60,052 nt of DNA, filler included, from Sphacelaria rigidula (GCA_964200075.2; 4 parts of 4 records of this genome joined end to end with filler, not necessarily neighbours in it), one strand, 5' to 3'. Positions 24,995 to 37,037 are shown, counted from the whole stretch's first letter. Notes: a model not told the origin generated them from the letters alone. A program made the numbers and translations.

Positions 24995-26293
24995 CTCTGT
25001 TGCACCTTTCACGCAGCAAGTAATTTTCCCGAGAATGTCAATCTATCCGTTGACAGTCGCGCGAGTTGAACACGGGTGGCTCAGCAAGCTGTGTATATCA
25101 AAAACGCCAGATAGATACGGTATCAAAAACGCAGTTCTATACCCAATTTAAAAAGAGCTAGGGTATCAAGTGGCGGACGTCACGTCACTACACCAGGATC
25201 GATTCCTTCGTTTTCGCCCATGCTAGCAACCGCTCGCCTTGCTAGGCCTTGGTGTACCGGGTACACGAGGATCAGGACCACCGCGGCACCACGTTGTTGT
25301 AGACTGTGATTGTACTTTCATGCGGTACTTGTGCCATCGCTTCGTGTGACGGACACGCGAGGAGTGTGCGTCTGCGCTTATGACATGAATACGCAAGATA
25401 TGCACTGGACAGATGATGTGCCGCCACCGAGGAATAACTAAGGTCCACGTGTGGCGATTTCGTGTGGGCCGGTTTACCCCTTCGATTGGTCGTATCGGCG
25501 ACAATAAAGAGCCAGGTCAGGGAGCGCGGGAATGTGTCGGCGAGTACTAGACATATCGCGTATCAAAAATCAGGCCCCACCTCCGAAAACTTAGCTCCAC
25601 GTGGTGATAGCGGCAGATGCTTGCACAAAGATCGCTCTGAACACAAACTTGCACACAGTTGCCCCCCTTTTGGGTCCCAATGGTCTTATGACTATGGCAT
25701 GCATGATCATGAGTACACCCTTTTGGGTCCCAGGGAGATTTATTCAGTGCTACCTAATGAAAGTTGTTCGCATTGATCTTCCCGACCCGTACACAGTTGT
25801 GGTAGATTGGAAGAAAGACGCCACTAGTCAGGCTATTACCGATTATGCTGGCATAATATCGAGCATAACTCCACCTTCGGTATCATAAAAGAATAGCATT
25901 TCGGCGAGGAGCATGAAGAGCATAGGATTTCAGCGAGTAACACAGAAGGCATCACCTCCACCTTAAAACGGCGAAAGGACGGCCACTTTCTCGGCCTGGT
26001 TCACTTTTCATCCTTTCATGCGAGCAAGCATGACACATTACTGCCGTGTATATGCCACGATGCAGTGTAATGCATCACCATTGAATGGCCATAGCGTCTT
26101 CCATCTCGTCGCGATAGATAAAGCTGCAAAAAGAGGCTGTCAACTCGTGCAACGCGTGCACCAACAAGAGTTTGTTTCTCAGGAGGAGGGGGAGTTTTTC
26201 CGGCACGCCAGGGGGACGTTTACTCATGATCTTGCATGCCGTAGTCATATGACCGTTGACCTCGCACCCCTACAAAGCCGGGACCGAGCACGC

Positions 26294-26502
26294 CGGGTTT
26301 TCGTTGGACCAGGCTGACAATCAATCACCAAGCACGAAGCGCCATGATGTGTTCGGTGAGTCTCATGAGGGGTGACCTGCATCCTCCTAAGGTCGTTGTC
26401 GGGTTTTCGTTGGACCAGGCTGACAATCAATCACCAAGCACGAAGCGCCATGATGTGTTCGGCGAGTCGCATGAGGGGTGACCTGCATCCTCCTAAGGTT
26501 GT
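26294..26502. repeat. Tandem duplication, ~106-bp unit x2
   Basis: CGGGTTTTCGTTGGACCAGGCTGACAATCAATCACCAAGCACG...CCTCCTAAGGT occurs twice, nearly identical. Confidence 0.9.
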
Positions 26503-27136
26503 TCGTCGAAGTGTACTAATCATCTTGCATTTGGGTGATAGCCTCGAAGGAGTTGCTTCATTTTCTGGTATCGCCACTTCCAAAGACAGCCACAGGTTAC
26601 ACGCCTCATGGGTGTCTCACCATTTCAACACTGCGTAGCACGATCATCCCCTTTGCGCGGAGTTGAGGTTCCCCATCCGCACAATATGATCTCACTCGAT
26701 CATCATGGTTATCGAAGAAAAACGGTAAGCTGGTTGCCTAGCTCAGGCATTGCGTGGGGTGCCTCACAGCGCAGTTGCCAATCGACGTCAATCCAATTGC
26801 AGGGGGGGGGGGGGGGGGGGGAGGGGGGGGGCGAGGAACAAAAGAAGGGGGGGAGACACCCTCCTCTGAAAAAGAAAAAAAANNNNNNNNNNGGAGGAGG
26901 AGGAGCGTGAGAGCACGTAGGTGGATGGGGGGAGGGGGGGGGGGGGGGGGGGGGGGTGGCAAGGGCGTGACTGGAATGCAGACATAGCATGGGATTACCT
27001 CTCTATGCGCCAAAAAATGCACTTTATTCAATTTTCGGTGCAATACAGCAGGCGTGAAAAATTACGCGTCCGGGTTTGTTATGGAAGTAGTATGAGAAAG
27101 ATGGAATATTTGGCGTGGGAAAGGCATGGTGAACAT

Positions 27137-28951
27137 TGTGCAGATTATGTATTGGACATAGATCTCATACGTAGATTCTCGGGCATATAGTCAACCAGTG
27201 CCGTTCAGTCTAGCCAGAACGGCTCCGCGGCTCTATATTGTCAAGACCGCAAGAATGCCCCACGAGTACCTCGGGGGCGAGACCCCATGTGAGAGACTGA
27301 CAGGAAAGCCTTTCAACTACAACCGGCTTCGTACTTGGGGATCGGAGTGTTTCGTGCATCAGCACAAGCAGCAACGCGGCGCCGCTGCTAAGTTCCACCC
27401 ATATGCGAAGCGGGGCATCTTGGTGGGGCACGATCGGCACTCTCTCTGCTGGTATGTATGGCTGATACAGGAATCAAAGCTCGTAAAGTCTTCACACATC
27501 GCGTTTGAATCAGAGGCCAAGATCCTAGACATCGTGGGGGAGCTGAAGGCGGTCGAACTCAGTGATGACGAGGACGAGCCATCGGCAGAAGTGGAAGCAG
27601 CGCCAATCGACGGCGATGACGGCCCGGGTGGACAGCCACCACAGGACTCGACATCATCGAAGCGCTCTTCTCCGGATAATGGACTGCGCAGGTCCAGTTG
27701 ACTAGCGCAACGGCATCGAGGGGACAACGCACAGCAACGTTTTGAGAGTTCTGACGGCAGCAGTTCCGACGATGGAAATTTCCTCGCCACCCTTCTACAA
27801 GATCAGGACAAAGGCGCATTCTGCATGCTCGGGGGCCGAATCGTCATTGAACCACAGGAACCGTCGACAGCGAAAGAAACCCTGGCGGAACCTTATGCTG
27901 GCCGATGGAAAGTGCTCATGGAAGAGGAAACCCAACGGAAGGGCAACGAGCCTCAGAGCCGAGAGGCCGGTGAACCGCTGGGACCACGGGGGCCACCGGC
28001 GGCGCCTTTAACTCATACGACTCCAAGCGCAGACGAGCGCTCCAACGGTCCAAAGACCAAGGCATCACACACAAGAAACGAGCAGCAGGTCGGACTGGAG
28101 GATCAAGCCTCCTCGAACGGAGATGATCGTGAACGAGGCCGAATTACCGAACCAACGGAGACGCTGGGCAATCACGAAGAAGCCAAGCTCGAAAATATAT
28201 TCGTGCCGAGCGCGGACGGTTCTGGCCTTGACGAAGAAGCGAAGGAACAGCCCGCAGTGTAGGAAACGACAAAGGCAGGCGATGGACCACCCGAGGGTGC
28301 GGGATGCATGCCGAGCAAGGACAACCTCGCACACAGCCAACATACGTTCAAGTTGCCGCTCTCGACGAAGGATGTCAGAAGGGAAAAGGCGCCGAAATTC
28401 GGGACGAGTCTGGAGAGTCCAGGTCCACCACGTGGCTTCTATGGCATTCAATTGAAGGATTCGTTTGCCTCGTATATAGCACGTTGGTTGTGATCGTATC
28501 AGCTCTCTGCTGTCACCGCTATACGATCATGGGGGAGTGTGCAGATTATGTATTGGACATAGATCTCATACGTAGATTCTCGGGCATATAGTCAACCAGC
28601 CTGGGTAGGAGCCAGTGCCGTTCAGTACAAACTACCGACAGGAACGGTCCGGGAACCAGTACTGTAGCCAGTGTTCAGTCTAGCCAGAACGGCTCCGCGG
28701 CTCTATATTGTAAGCTCTACAGTTGGGGTTTAGGGCTGAGATTCAGAGAGCGAAGGTTCAGATAGAGCTGTACACCAGCGGGTGACGTCGGAATGAATAA
28801 TGAAAAGCACGGCGATGCAGCGCCCCACTCGGGTACGTCGTCTGCTCGACCCATCGAGATCTCTCGTGACAGTTGCCTTGCTCCGCTATAAAACCGTGCA
28901 CTGCGAGGAAGCGCGCCACGGCGACACCAGACAACAATTCACAAGTGCACA
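27137..28951 (+). mobile_element. Internally deleted Ty1/copia LTR retrotransposon
   Basis: 5-bp TSD AACAT at 27132-27136 and 28952-28956; termini TGTGCA...TGCACA. The 3' LTR (28538-28951) is preceded by a PPT (GGGGGAG); a 5' LTR remnant lies at 27137-27241. Protein remnants: copia integrase C-terminal/SH3 fragment (GETPCERLTGKP..LRTWGSECFVH..KFHPYAKRGILVGHD..SSHIAFESE), RT start EPSTAKETLAEPYAGRWKVLMEEE, and an RNase H end remnant (KLENIFVPSAD..LTK). Confidence 0.92.
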
Positions 28952-29979
28952 AACATGACTGAGATTAATGGTGCCTCGACGCCTGGGATGTGATGGCCTG
29001 TTTTTGTTCGAGAAAATTCGTGTCCATCTGTTGTATCTCCCAAAAAGATGAGAGAGAAGCGAGCTGTTGCAGGAATCGGGGTATTGGGTCAACATATCCG
29101 CTTCCTCCGTCGTTGTGAACCGTGATGTAGTCCTGCTTCCTCCTCACTGCGGAGAAAGTTCGGGTGGTTATCAATCTTGCAGCAATGCCGCAAATCGGGA
29201 ACTGTGAAGTGTGCCGACGATCCTCCTCTCCGTGTGCACAACGCCTGCCAGACACTAAAAAGCTCCAGTTTTTGTTCAATATGTTGTCAAGGGGCGAAGG
29301 TCATCGGAGCCGCTTTATTTGGTCGCGGTCGGGGCAGCAGTGGGTAGGAGGTTTGTTTCGATCCTCACAGCGCTTGCCCTGTTTTTTTTTCAGTCTCTGG
29401 AGGCCTTCCCGAGTTTTTCTTATACTTTTCCCAAAACGTGTGTTTCCGACCACGAGCAGACGAAATGAATAAAACCAATTAATGAGAAGCAGGGAGGAGA
29501 ATGGTGAAGAAGAACATGCATGGCCAATGTATGCCGTACCGCGCAGTCGTTAGCGAGTTGCGGGATAACTCCACTTGGTCAATCAGATGCCTTGTTCGTA
29601 TATGTTTGCCTCTTTATCTCGTCTTTGTGTGTTCCCTTCCTAACGTCAACCATTTAGTTGTGTCATGCAGTATTTTGGTATTTGTTTGCAATTGTCAGCT
29701 CGATCCCGACTTTTCTCAGGGTATCGGGGATCAGTGATGACAATATTCGACTTCTGGGTGACGACTGTCAACAAGAAAACGTTCACAAGGGGGGTTAGAG
29801 TTATCGTTGCACTTGTTCGTGATCGGGTATATGTGAAATACATCACACACCACCCATAACCTCTGAGAGAGCTGCCTTTTGTACCCGTTGTTCCGCCCTC
29901 GAGAGCCTGGGTAGATTACTTACATGGACTATGGGGGGGGGGGGGGGGCGTGCTCTTTTGTTGGTTTGCTTATTGTTTT

Positions 29980-30079
29980 NNNNNNNNNNNNNNNNNNNNN
30001 NNNNNNNNNNNNNNNNNNNNNNNTTAATTAATTAANNNNNNNNNNNNNNNNNNNNNNNNNNNNNNNNNNNNNNNNNNNN
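29980..30079. other. Scaffold gap with artificial TTAATTAATTAA linker
   Basis: N44-TTAATTAATTAA-N44. Confidence 0.95.
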
Positions 30080-30435
30080 TAGTCGTTTGACCATTGACCA
30101 CGCATCCCTTTCGAGACGGAGCAGAGGGGGGGGGGGAGGGGGGGTGCGTAACAGGGTCTGGGATTTTGTTTTTTGGGCACCCTTGACATCTTCTTTCATA
30201 ATCGGCGCTTTCCATTTTCGCTCAGTATCCTGAGGAGTAAACTGGATCAAAGTTCCACGAGTCAGACAGCACGTGAGCTAGCTCATCTGTGGGCTATAGC
30301 ACACGTATGATCTGTAATGCGTGGGAGGACCACGAGCTTTTGAAACCGCATCGTCGTTGGAGCACCTCAATGGTTAGGGTTTACACACGCGGCCATTCGG
30401 CTACCCCCATACACATCCTCTATCGCGATTTCCAT

Positions 30436-30820
30436 CCTCTCGAGGGTAAAGTGACCCTCCGGAGGATAAGAATACCCTGTAGAGGGTATTTCATACTCAG
30501 TTCCGGTCATGAAACGAATCCTCTCGAAGGCATCTGATGCTCCAGTGACTTCTGAGGTCTGAATCCCTCGAGAGTAAGAATAAAGATGGCGCTCCGGAGG
30601 GCTGCGCATCCTCCAAGTTTATCCAGAGGGTGCGCGGCCATCCTGAGGCAAAACAAGCCTCTGGAGGCCTTCGATACCACCCCTCTGGAGGGCGACGCAC
30701 CCTCCAGAGGCGTTTAATTCCTCAGGAGGCTCGAAACGTTGACTGGAACAGAGTATTTTGGGGGGTAGCCGAATGGCCGCGTGTGTAGGGTCAGAGTCAG
30801 GGTTAGAGTCAGGGTCAGGG
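30436..30820. repeat. Array of ~12 short palindromes (CCCTC.(G/A)GAGG type) followed by degenerate TTAGGG-like repeats
   Basis: cctctcgaggg, ccctccggagg, ccctgtagaggg, cctctcgaagg, ccctcgagag, ctccggaggg, tccagaggg, cctgagg, cctctggagg, ccctctggaggg, ccctccagagg, cctcaggagg; then tagggtcagagtcagggttagagtcagggtcaggg at 30786-30820. Confidence 0.7.
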
Positions 30821-32236
30821 GCGCGGTCCCTGCAGGGACTGGCCCGATCAGGCTTGAAAAGCGCCAATCCTGGGGCGATTTGAACTATGATGCGGCCCAG
30901 AAGGCACGCGGCCCTCCATTTTTCACCGTTTTTGCCGAGTTTTCTCTGGCGACAAGGCATTTTTTCCCGCGCTTTCTTTTGCAGCGCACTAGGAAGGCTC
31001 AGCGGTACATTACCTTTCAGGTTTGGGTGTCATCTGATGCCTGTGGCGCGTGTTCTGGCCACCGAAAGTGTTCTCGTTCATTTGGGAGCACGAACACACC
31101 GCCAGATATGCCGTCAATGTCACAAGAGCATGAGAGCACAGCAGTTGAACTCAATTGAACATTGCCTTGGCCTTAGTCAGTAGCAAACACAAGACCGTGC
31201 AATGAGCTGTTCTGTTGGCGAGTTCAACAAAGCACAGCACCACGGTAGCACAGGAACGTGTTGCCGCGAAAATAGTGACCCTGTTTTGAAAAAAGGCCCA
31301 GTGAGGTGGAAGCCACAGTGATGCACAAAGAACATGCCAAAAATGTTCCACGTGTTCCAACTTTTCGGGAGTGCCTCCCGCTGTCATGTCTATGTTGCAC
31401 AAGAGCTACTTCTCACTCTGGCACCTCGGAAATACCACACATGTCCTACGCCGGCGGTTCCGCCGTCGGCCTCCGTCCGACTGCCATGTTTCCGAACGAC
31501 ATCCGATAACACATACGATGTTTTGTACAGCCGCAATCACTACTGTACATTGAGATCAATATTCTCTCTTAACCATATGTGTTCGACTTGTGTCACCCCC
31601 GGGAGGCCCGTACCAACCCCCCGAAGGGAAACCTTGTAATATATAATATATACGAAGTATGTATGTAGGCTAGACATGCCCTGTCTGTTGTGCTTCCATG
31701 ACGATGACGATGCTACTTGACCAGAACCTGAGGGAGGTCATAGTTCCTTGTTTTCCCTCCTCGTTACCGTCAGGTTGTCCTTCTTCGGTCTTGTTTTCTT
31801 TTATCTTCTCATCTATCGTTTTTCAGTCTCCGGTGCGCAGGTTCAGTAGAGCATTTCTTTGAACAGCACTCCAGACAGTAGATCTTTTGTGGGATTGGTC
31901 TCTAATCTATGCGACAGTTTCGATTATCGGCTCACTCACTGTTACTACTTTGTGTATACACCAGTATGTGGAAAAAGTAGTCAAGAGGTCACACGCGGGG
32001 ACTGATTCCAGTTCAAGTAGGTCTCCTGCAGTTCAATCGGTCTCATACGGATCTTTTGTAGTGTGGGTGCCCTCTTTTCGTGTAAATGTTTGTTTCTTGC
32101 CTTCTTCTGCAGGCTGTTTGGGTTATGGGTGTATTGGTGGTAGGCTCCTTTCACTCTGTGACCACGGGTTCGGTAGATCGAGCTAATGTGATGGATATAA
32201 TAATAATAATAATAATGACAGTAGTTATAGTCTCAC

Positions 32237-32375
32237 CTCTGCCATGGCGGGCGATAGTAGTCCCATCCCCAGACGCCCACAGCCGAAGTGTACGTGAAGC
32301 CGTGTGAGGGGCGTCTGCGGAGGGTCCTTGGATTCGGCCTCCTTAGTGGTGCGAATGAGGTTTGCTCGCTGACCC
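32237..32375 (-). CDS. Mannitol-1-phosphate dehydrogenase-like exon (N-terminal Rossmann motif); rest of the gene not found
   Basis: CAG|...|GTGAGA-bounded exon encoding GQRANLIRTTKEAESKDPPQTPLTRLHVHFGCGRLGMGLLSPAMAE. This aligns with the MtlD/M1PDH NAD-binding motif (E. coli MtlD ALHFGAGNIGRGFIG; algal HFGAGRLG-type). Confidence 0.65.
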
Positions 32376-34374
32376 CTGTTAACATTCCACCACAACGATT
32401 AGTGGATCAAGATGGATGAGGGTAGAGTGGTGAAATGATTGCACAGCAGGAAAGTCTCATCATCGGTACAGGTATCGGTATCGGTATGAGAGGCAACTTC
32501 ACATTTTCACATCAAATCACATGCGTCCGTGTGTCTCGCGTTTGTTTTCTTGTTTGGGGGGATCTTCATGGTTTCGACTTACATAATATCGAAAGAACGA
32601 CCAAGTCTTCAGCAGGATGACACTCCACAACCCAATGGCAGTATGCAATGATAAACACACTAACATCACGAACACCCTACAAAGAACTTGACAGGAGAGT
32701 GCTACGTGGCACCCCTTACTCTCACTGTACTGTGCTATACTGTACAAGGCGAGACAGAAACTTTCCATCCTGGTGGCAATCGAAATCGCCTTAGGTCATC
32801 GACCAGAGCCGCCGCCTAAAAAAAACGTGCAAATTTCACCGACAGGAGAACTTGTCAGGCCCCTAGATTACTCCTTTCGAGTGTCATGACAACAAGACCA
32901 ACCGTCGCACTCGGGATGCACTGGTGTGATGATACTTGTACAAATATACTAGAGGATTATACAGGATGAGGGGGTAGGGTACTCCTGTCAGACATCTGTG
33001 CCATATTTCGACACTCTCATGTCTGTGTCGGGCTGCAGCGAAACATTTTGATGTAGCTGCTTGCCAACTAGGCTTTCGCACAGCAGCGACACACGGGTTA
33101 GCCTAACCGCACCAGTGACACATGTAGGCGGACATTGTCAGGAAAGAAAACCCCGCCTCTTGCCCGCGTGAACACAGCGCAACGCTACTGGTGGGGATGG
33201 TGAGAGCGCCTCACGACACACGGTGTGAGCAAGAATACAGACAGGTACACGCAGAGCAGTGCTTCGCCAGTCACCTCTTGTTTTTTCTTGTACTTTTGAT
33301 TGTCTTGGTATACTCATGATGACGAATGTCACAGATATGGGGTCTGCAAGCTTGCATTTGACCTCATATTGTCTGAGCAAACTACAGCACGCGTTCACCG
33401 AAGGGTGGACAGTAATCTCATCATCATCTCCTTCGCGCAAATTGGGTGGTGTAGGGGCGCGAAGTTTGTTGCCGCTTGTGTATCCTCCGCCTTCCCCGCC
33501 GACCAGCTTCACGGTGTTTCACGGTATTGAATAGCGAGGTGCTGCCGCCCTCGCACGTGGGGTGAGTCTGGGGGCTAAAAGGTACCTCGAACAATCGTCG
33601 GCCCATGAATTATACTGAACGTGAAGATACGAGTCCCCAACCCAATTTCCCCCATGCTTGAGGTCGTACTAACACGGGAATGGGAGAAGTAGTTTCGACA
33701 GCGGTTACGGTTACAACGGAACAAAATTAAACTTCTAGTTTTATATCTAACAACGTGGTAATCCGGGGATGCGGACTTTTTGCGTCGTTCATGTAATTAC
33801 CTTTTGTTGATTTTCTGCCATTTATAATCGTTTTCACCATTCCCGTCATTGTTGCGTCTTCACAGTCACCATTATCACTATTGCTACTTTGAATCACACT
33901 TGTGAGAACCCAACGTACCTTTTAGGTCTGTCCAATAACTTCTCACTAGTTATATCCATGGGAACGTTCTAGCGCTGAGGAAGCTTCCTCGCACGTCCGC
34001 TAGATCTTTGGAGGATGGTCTATTTGTTTCGAAATATTGGGACAATATCAGACCGAATGTGCGCAAGAGTCATAAAACGTTAAATACAGCATCATCATTA
34101 GGCCGCCTTTCATCATCTCAGGAAGACTCAAAAGATGGGCGGTACTTCTTTCTGACAACTTTTCACCGTTCTCCATGAAAACAAAGCACGTTTTGTGCCG
34201 AAAGTACTTCATGGCCATCATTCATCCTCCACTCCACCTTCAACTGGCTGGCCAATGACAAGTGATTACAGGAAGGATGCAACTACCCACAGGCTACATA
34301 CAGGCTGGTTGAGGGTGAATGACTAAATTTACTCCCCAGTGATTGCTCACGCCGTTTTTTGTAGTGAGGCCGTT

Positions 34375-34825
34375 TCTTACGGTTCGTAGTTTTTGCGGCT
34401 CGTATTCTTCTCTGTTGGGACAATTGGCACGGTTTTGGCCGCGAAACAGAGAATTTTGTCATCGCATGCCTCCAACACTTTGCATTGACCCCAGCGGCAG
34501 GGGTCTGGCCCACTTTTCCGATTCGCACGGCTCCGAGGTTTCGATAACGGCCTCTGGACGAAAATGTAGCTGGAAAATGATATGCGATATCTGCGGGTAT
34601 CTTCACGTAAATTTTATTCTCCAGCTGTATTTTCGCCCAGAGGATGATATCGAAACCTCGGAGCCGTGCGAATCGGAAAAGTGGGTCAGACCTCCTCCGA
34701 TGGGGTGACGTGAAGGGTACAAGGCGCGTGATGGTGATTTTTCTCTGTTTAGCAGCCAAGAACCGTGTCAAATGTCTCAAAAGTGTTAAATACGAGCCCA
34801 CAAACATACAAGCGGTACGAATCCG
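34375..34825. repeat. Long foldback palindrome (MITE-like), core 34502-34692
   Basis: GGTCTGGCCCACTTTTCCGATTCGCACGGCTCCGAGGTTTCGATA / TATCGAAACCTCGGAGCCGTGCGAATCGGAAAAGTGGGTCAGACC is a near-perfect inverted pair; outer arms are imperfect. Confidence 0.85.
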
Positions 34826-35633
34826 CCCCAGACCCGGAAATTTTTCATACAAGTGCTCTGAGATATTAAGAAAAGACTCCCTCATGGGACCCCCGATATG
34901 TGGGGAGGAAAGAAAAAACTCGAAATAATACATTCATGCACCCCTTTGAAGTATCTCCATGCACCCGTATGCAAAGGGGAAAATACGGCGTGTGAGCAGT
35001 TTTCTGTTTGGGCGTTGAAGTATACCGGTGTAAGCGGAACGCCCGCACCTTTCATACTTGATCATAGTATGCTAGGGAAGGTTTCCTCATTTGCTTGGAG
35101 CTTTCACTCAACCCTAGGGGATCAGCTTCTCGAGTTACACGAACAAACAACACAACTTTGTACAAACATTCCTCGGGCCACCTCGGGACGATTCAGATTC
35201 GAATATTTCATTTTCAAGCAATCGGTATCAACCTCTGGGGGTCTTTTCGCTGGGACTCCGGAATCTGGTAGAGGGGGGATACACTTTGAAGTATCCGTCC
35301 GTGCTTTGTCTCATTCATAGCACCCATATCTACCAGACTGCCAAGTTGGAGTATTATCGAAGCTCTTCTATGAAAGTTACAAGGAACAATGTCAAGAGAC
35401 TTTCTGGGTCTGTCGTGCATACTGCTAGTATCATCAGTAGAAATCCGACGACGCCAAAACCTCACATGACATACAGACCATATTTTGAGGTATAACTCGG
35501 TATCCTGAGAGCCGTCTTGAAATCTGATTCTTGAGTTCGATTCCCTAGCTGATGGCGGTTACTGAGATTCAACTCGTGATGAGATTGGGTACACATTGAG
35601 TCGGATATTTCAAGGCTTTGCACGTTACACTCG

Positions 35634-35818
35634 TTACGTTCGTTTCACGTCAAAAGTCGTCAAAAGTTCAGACAGGCTGGTACTCCGGTGGGAGACGTGG
35701 ACCACGTGTAGAGCCCTGTTTGAAAGTCAAGTCAAATCAAGGCTCCCCACGTGGTCCCCCACAGTAGTACTAGGCTGCTTCAACTTTTGACGACTTTCAA
35801 AGTGAAACGTGAACGTAA
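35634..35818. repeat. Foldback palindrome ~185 bp
   Basis: TTACGTTCGTTTCAC..AAAGTCGTCAAAAGTT / AACTTTTGACGACTTT..GTGAAACGTGAACGTAA; inner GGACCACGTG/CACGTGGTCC. Confidence 0.8.
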
Positions 35819-36243
35819 GGCCACTTCTATGTATCAAACACATATGATAAGAAAGCGGTGTTCTGATGAACCGTTTTTCAACAGATTTTTCAAAATACCC
35901 CGCCATATGTAATGCGGACATCCATCACAATCAAAAAAGCATTTATCGCCGTCTTCTACAATATTTGTGGGGGAGGTTTTAAAATCTGGGGCGCGTGAGA
36001 GAGACAGCTGTGCGTTGTGACGTGGTGTACGGTTTGTACTGCCCTGTGATGTTGGCTGAGCAGTGCATGGTGTTCTGCACGATGTAACTCATGATATGCC
36101 CCGCCTCGCTGTACCTACTCACTGTAGAACTGGCGGTTATACATTTTTGCTGTACAGTACTTGTGGTACTCACGTGTATGGACAGCACCGACAACAGCGC
36201 ATATAGACAGTGCTGTATCGCATGTTTGGACCATTATGGAGTA

Positions 36244-36567
36244 CTACGGTATCAGCAAATCGTCGTCTCGTGTGTGCAGTACGCTCGTGTCTCCACCAGA
36301 CTTGGATGAATGAACAGCAGCCTGTACTGCACTGCGATGCTGCTGGTGGCGGCACGCTGCATGCACCGAGCCACACTGGGCTACAAATTTACTGTGCTGC
36401 ACGGTATGGAGCACATAATCGTGTAGACTGTATTCGTCATCGACCCTGCCCTCTGCTGTTCTCATAACGTGAAGGGCCGCCACGCTGCTGGCGAGCGAGG
36501 ACGAGGTAGCAACACGTTGACTGGCCGCGAGCAGCAGCAGCAGCAGTGATGACAGCCAAGCCAGCAT
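36244..36567 (-). CDS. Probable first exon of a secreted/ER protein of unknown function (3' boundary uncertain)
   Basis: MLAWLSSLLLLLLAASQRVATSS is a clear signal peptide. It is divergent from a candidate + strand start at 37038. Downstream exons are not resolved (candidate at ~36121-35979). Confidence 0.45.
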   Translation of the reverse strand: MLAWLSSLLLLLLAASQRVATSSSLASSVAALHVMRTAEGRVDDEYSLHDYVLHTVQHSKFVAQCGSVHAACRHQQHRSAVQAAVHSSKSGGDTSVLHTRDDDLLIP

Positions 36568-37037
36568 CGATGCTGCTGTGGGGTGAAAAGGGGTGTGGCC
36601 CAGATAAGCAGCGGGGTTTGAAACGCATTTTCAGCAACATTTTCCGGTAGTCCAGAGCTATCAGAAAAAAGTGATTTTATGGTGAAATAAACTATTTGCG
36701 CGAAGCGCAATCATGGGCTGGGCGTTCAAATTCGGCACCCGGCAAACTGAGGACCCGTTTAAAATCAGCCCGAGAACTAAAACATGGGACATGTCCTGTT
36801 TCACTGTACTGCAGCACAAACACTCTCACGTCCGGTCTCATACGTGCTGTAGCCATCACTGTTGTTCTATGGTGTGTCGAGACCTTGCGATGGCGACTTG
36901 GTCTCCGCTGAGATTACTTGAGGTGCTATATACACCGCTCGATCGGCTGGGCGAAACCTCGTGCTTCGATTAAAGGAGCAAGGCACACCATAGTGCGGAT
37001 ATACTGCGTCACCAGGGTACTGCTTGCACCCGTCAGC

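Noticed and set aside
26801-26960. Poly-G/poly-Pro ORFs and G-quadruplex-like tracts (also 12710-12750, 45117-45180, 59134-59306)
   Set aside because: Most are adjacent to gaps and show homopolymer-type noise; likely sequencing or assembly artefacts.
22688-29150. Scattered minus-strand exon-like segments (e.g. 23423-23865, ~26070-26125, ~28965-29150)
   Set aside because: Some are phase-compatible, but they encode no recognisable motif and do not match M1PDH, so I cannot support a gene model.
30436-30731. CRISPR-like repeat/spacer appearance
   Set aside because: Repeats are only ~11 bp and degenerate, spacers are short and irregular, the context is eukaryotic, and there are no cas genes.
34283-34933. 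216-aa ORF
   Set aside because: It lies across a foldback palindrome, has no recognisable motifs, and shows no splice pattern.
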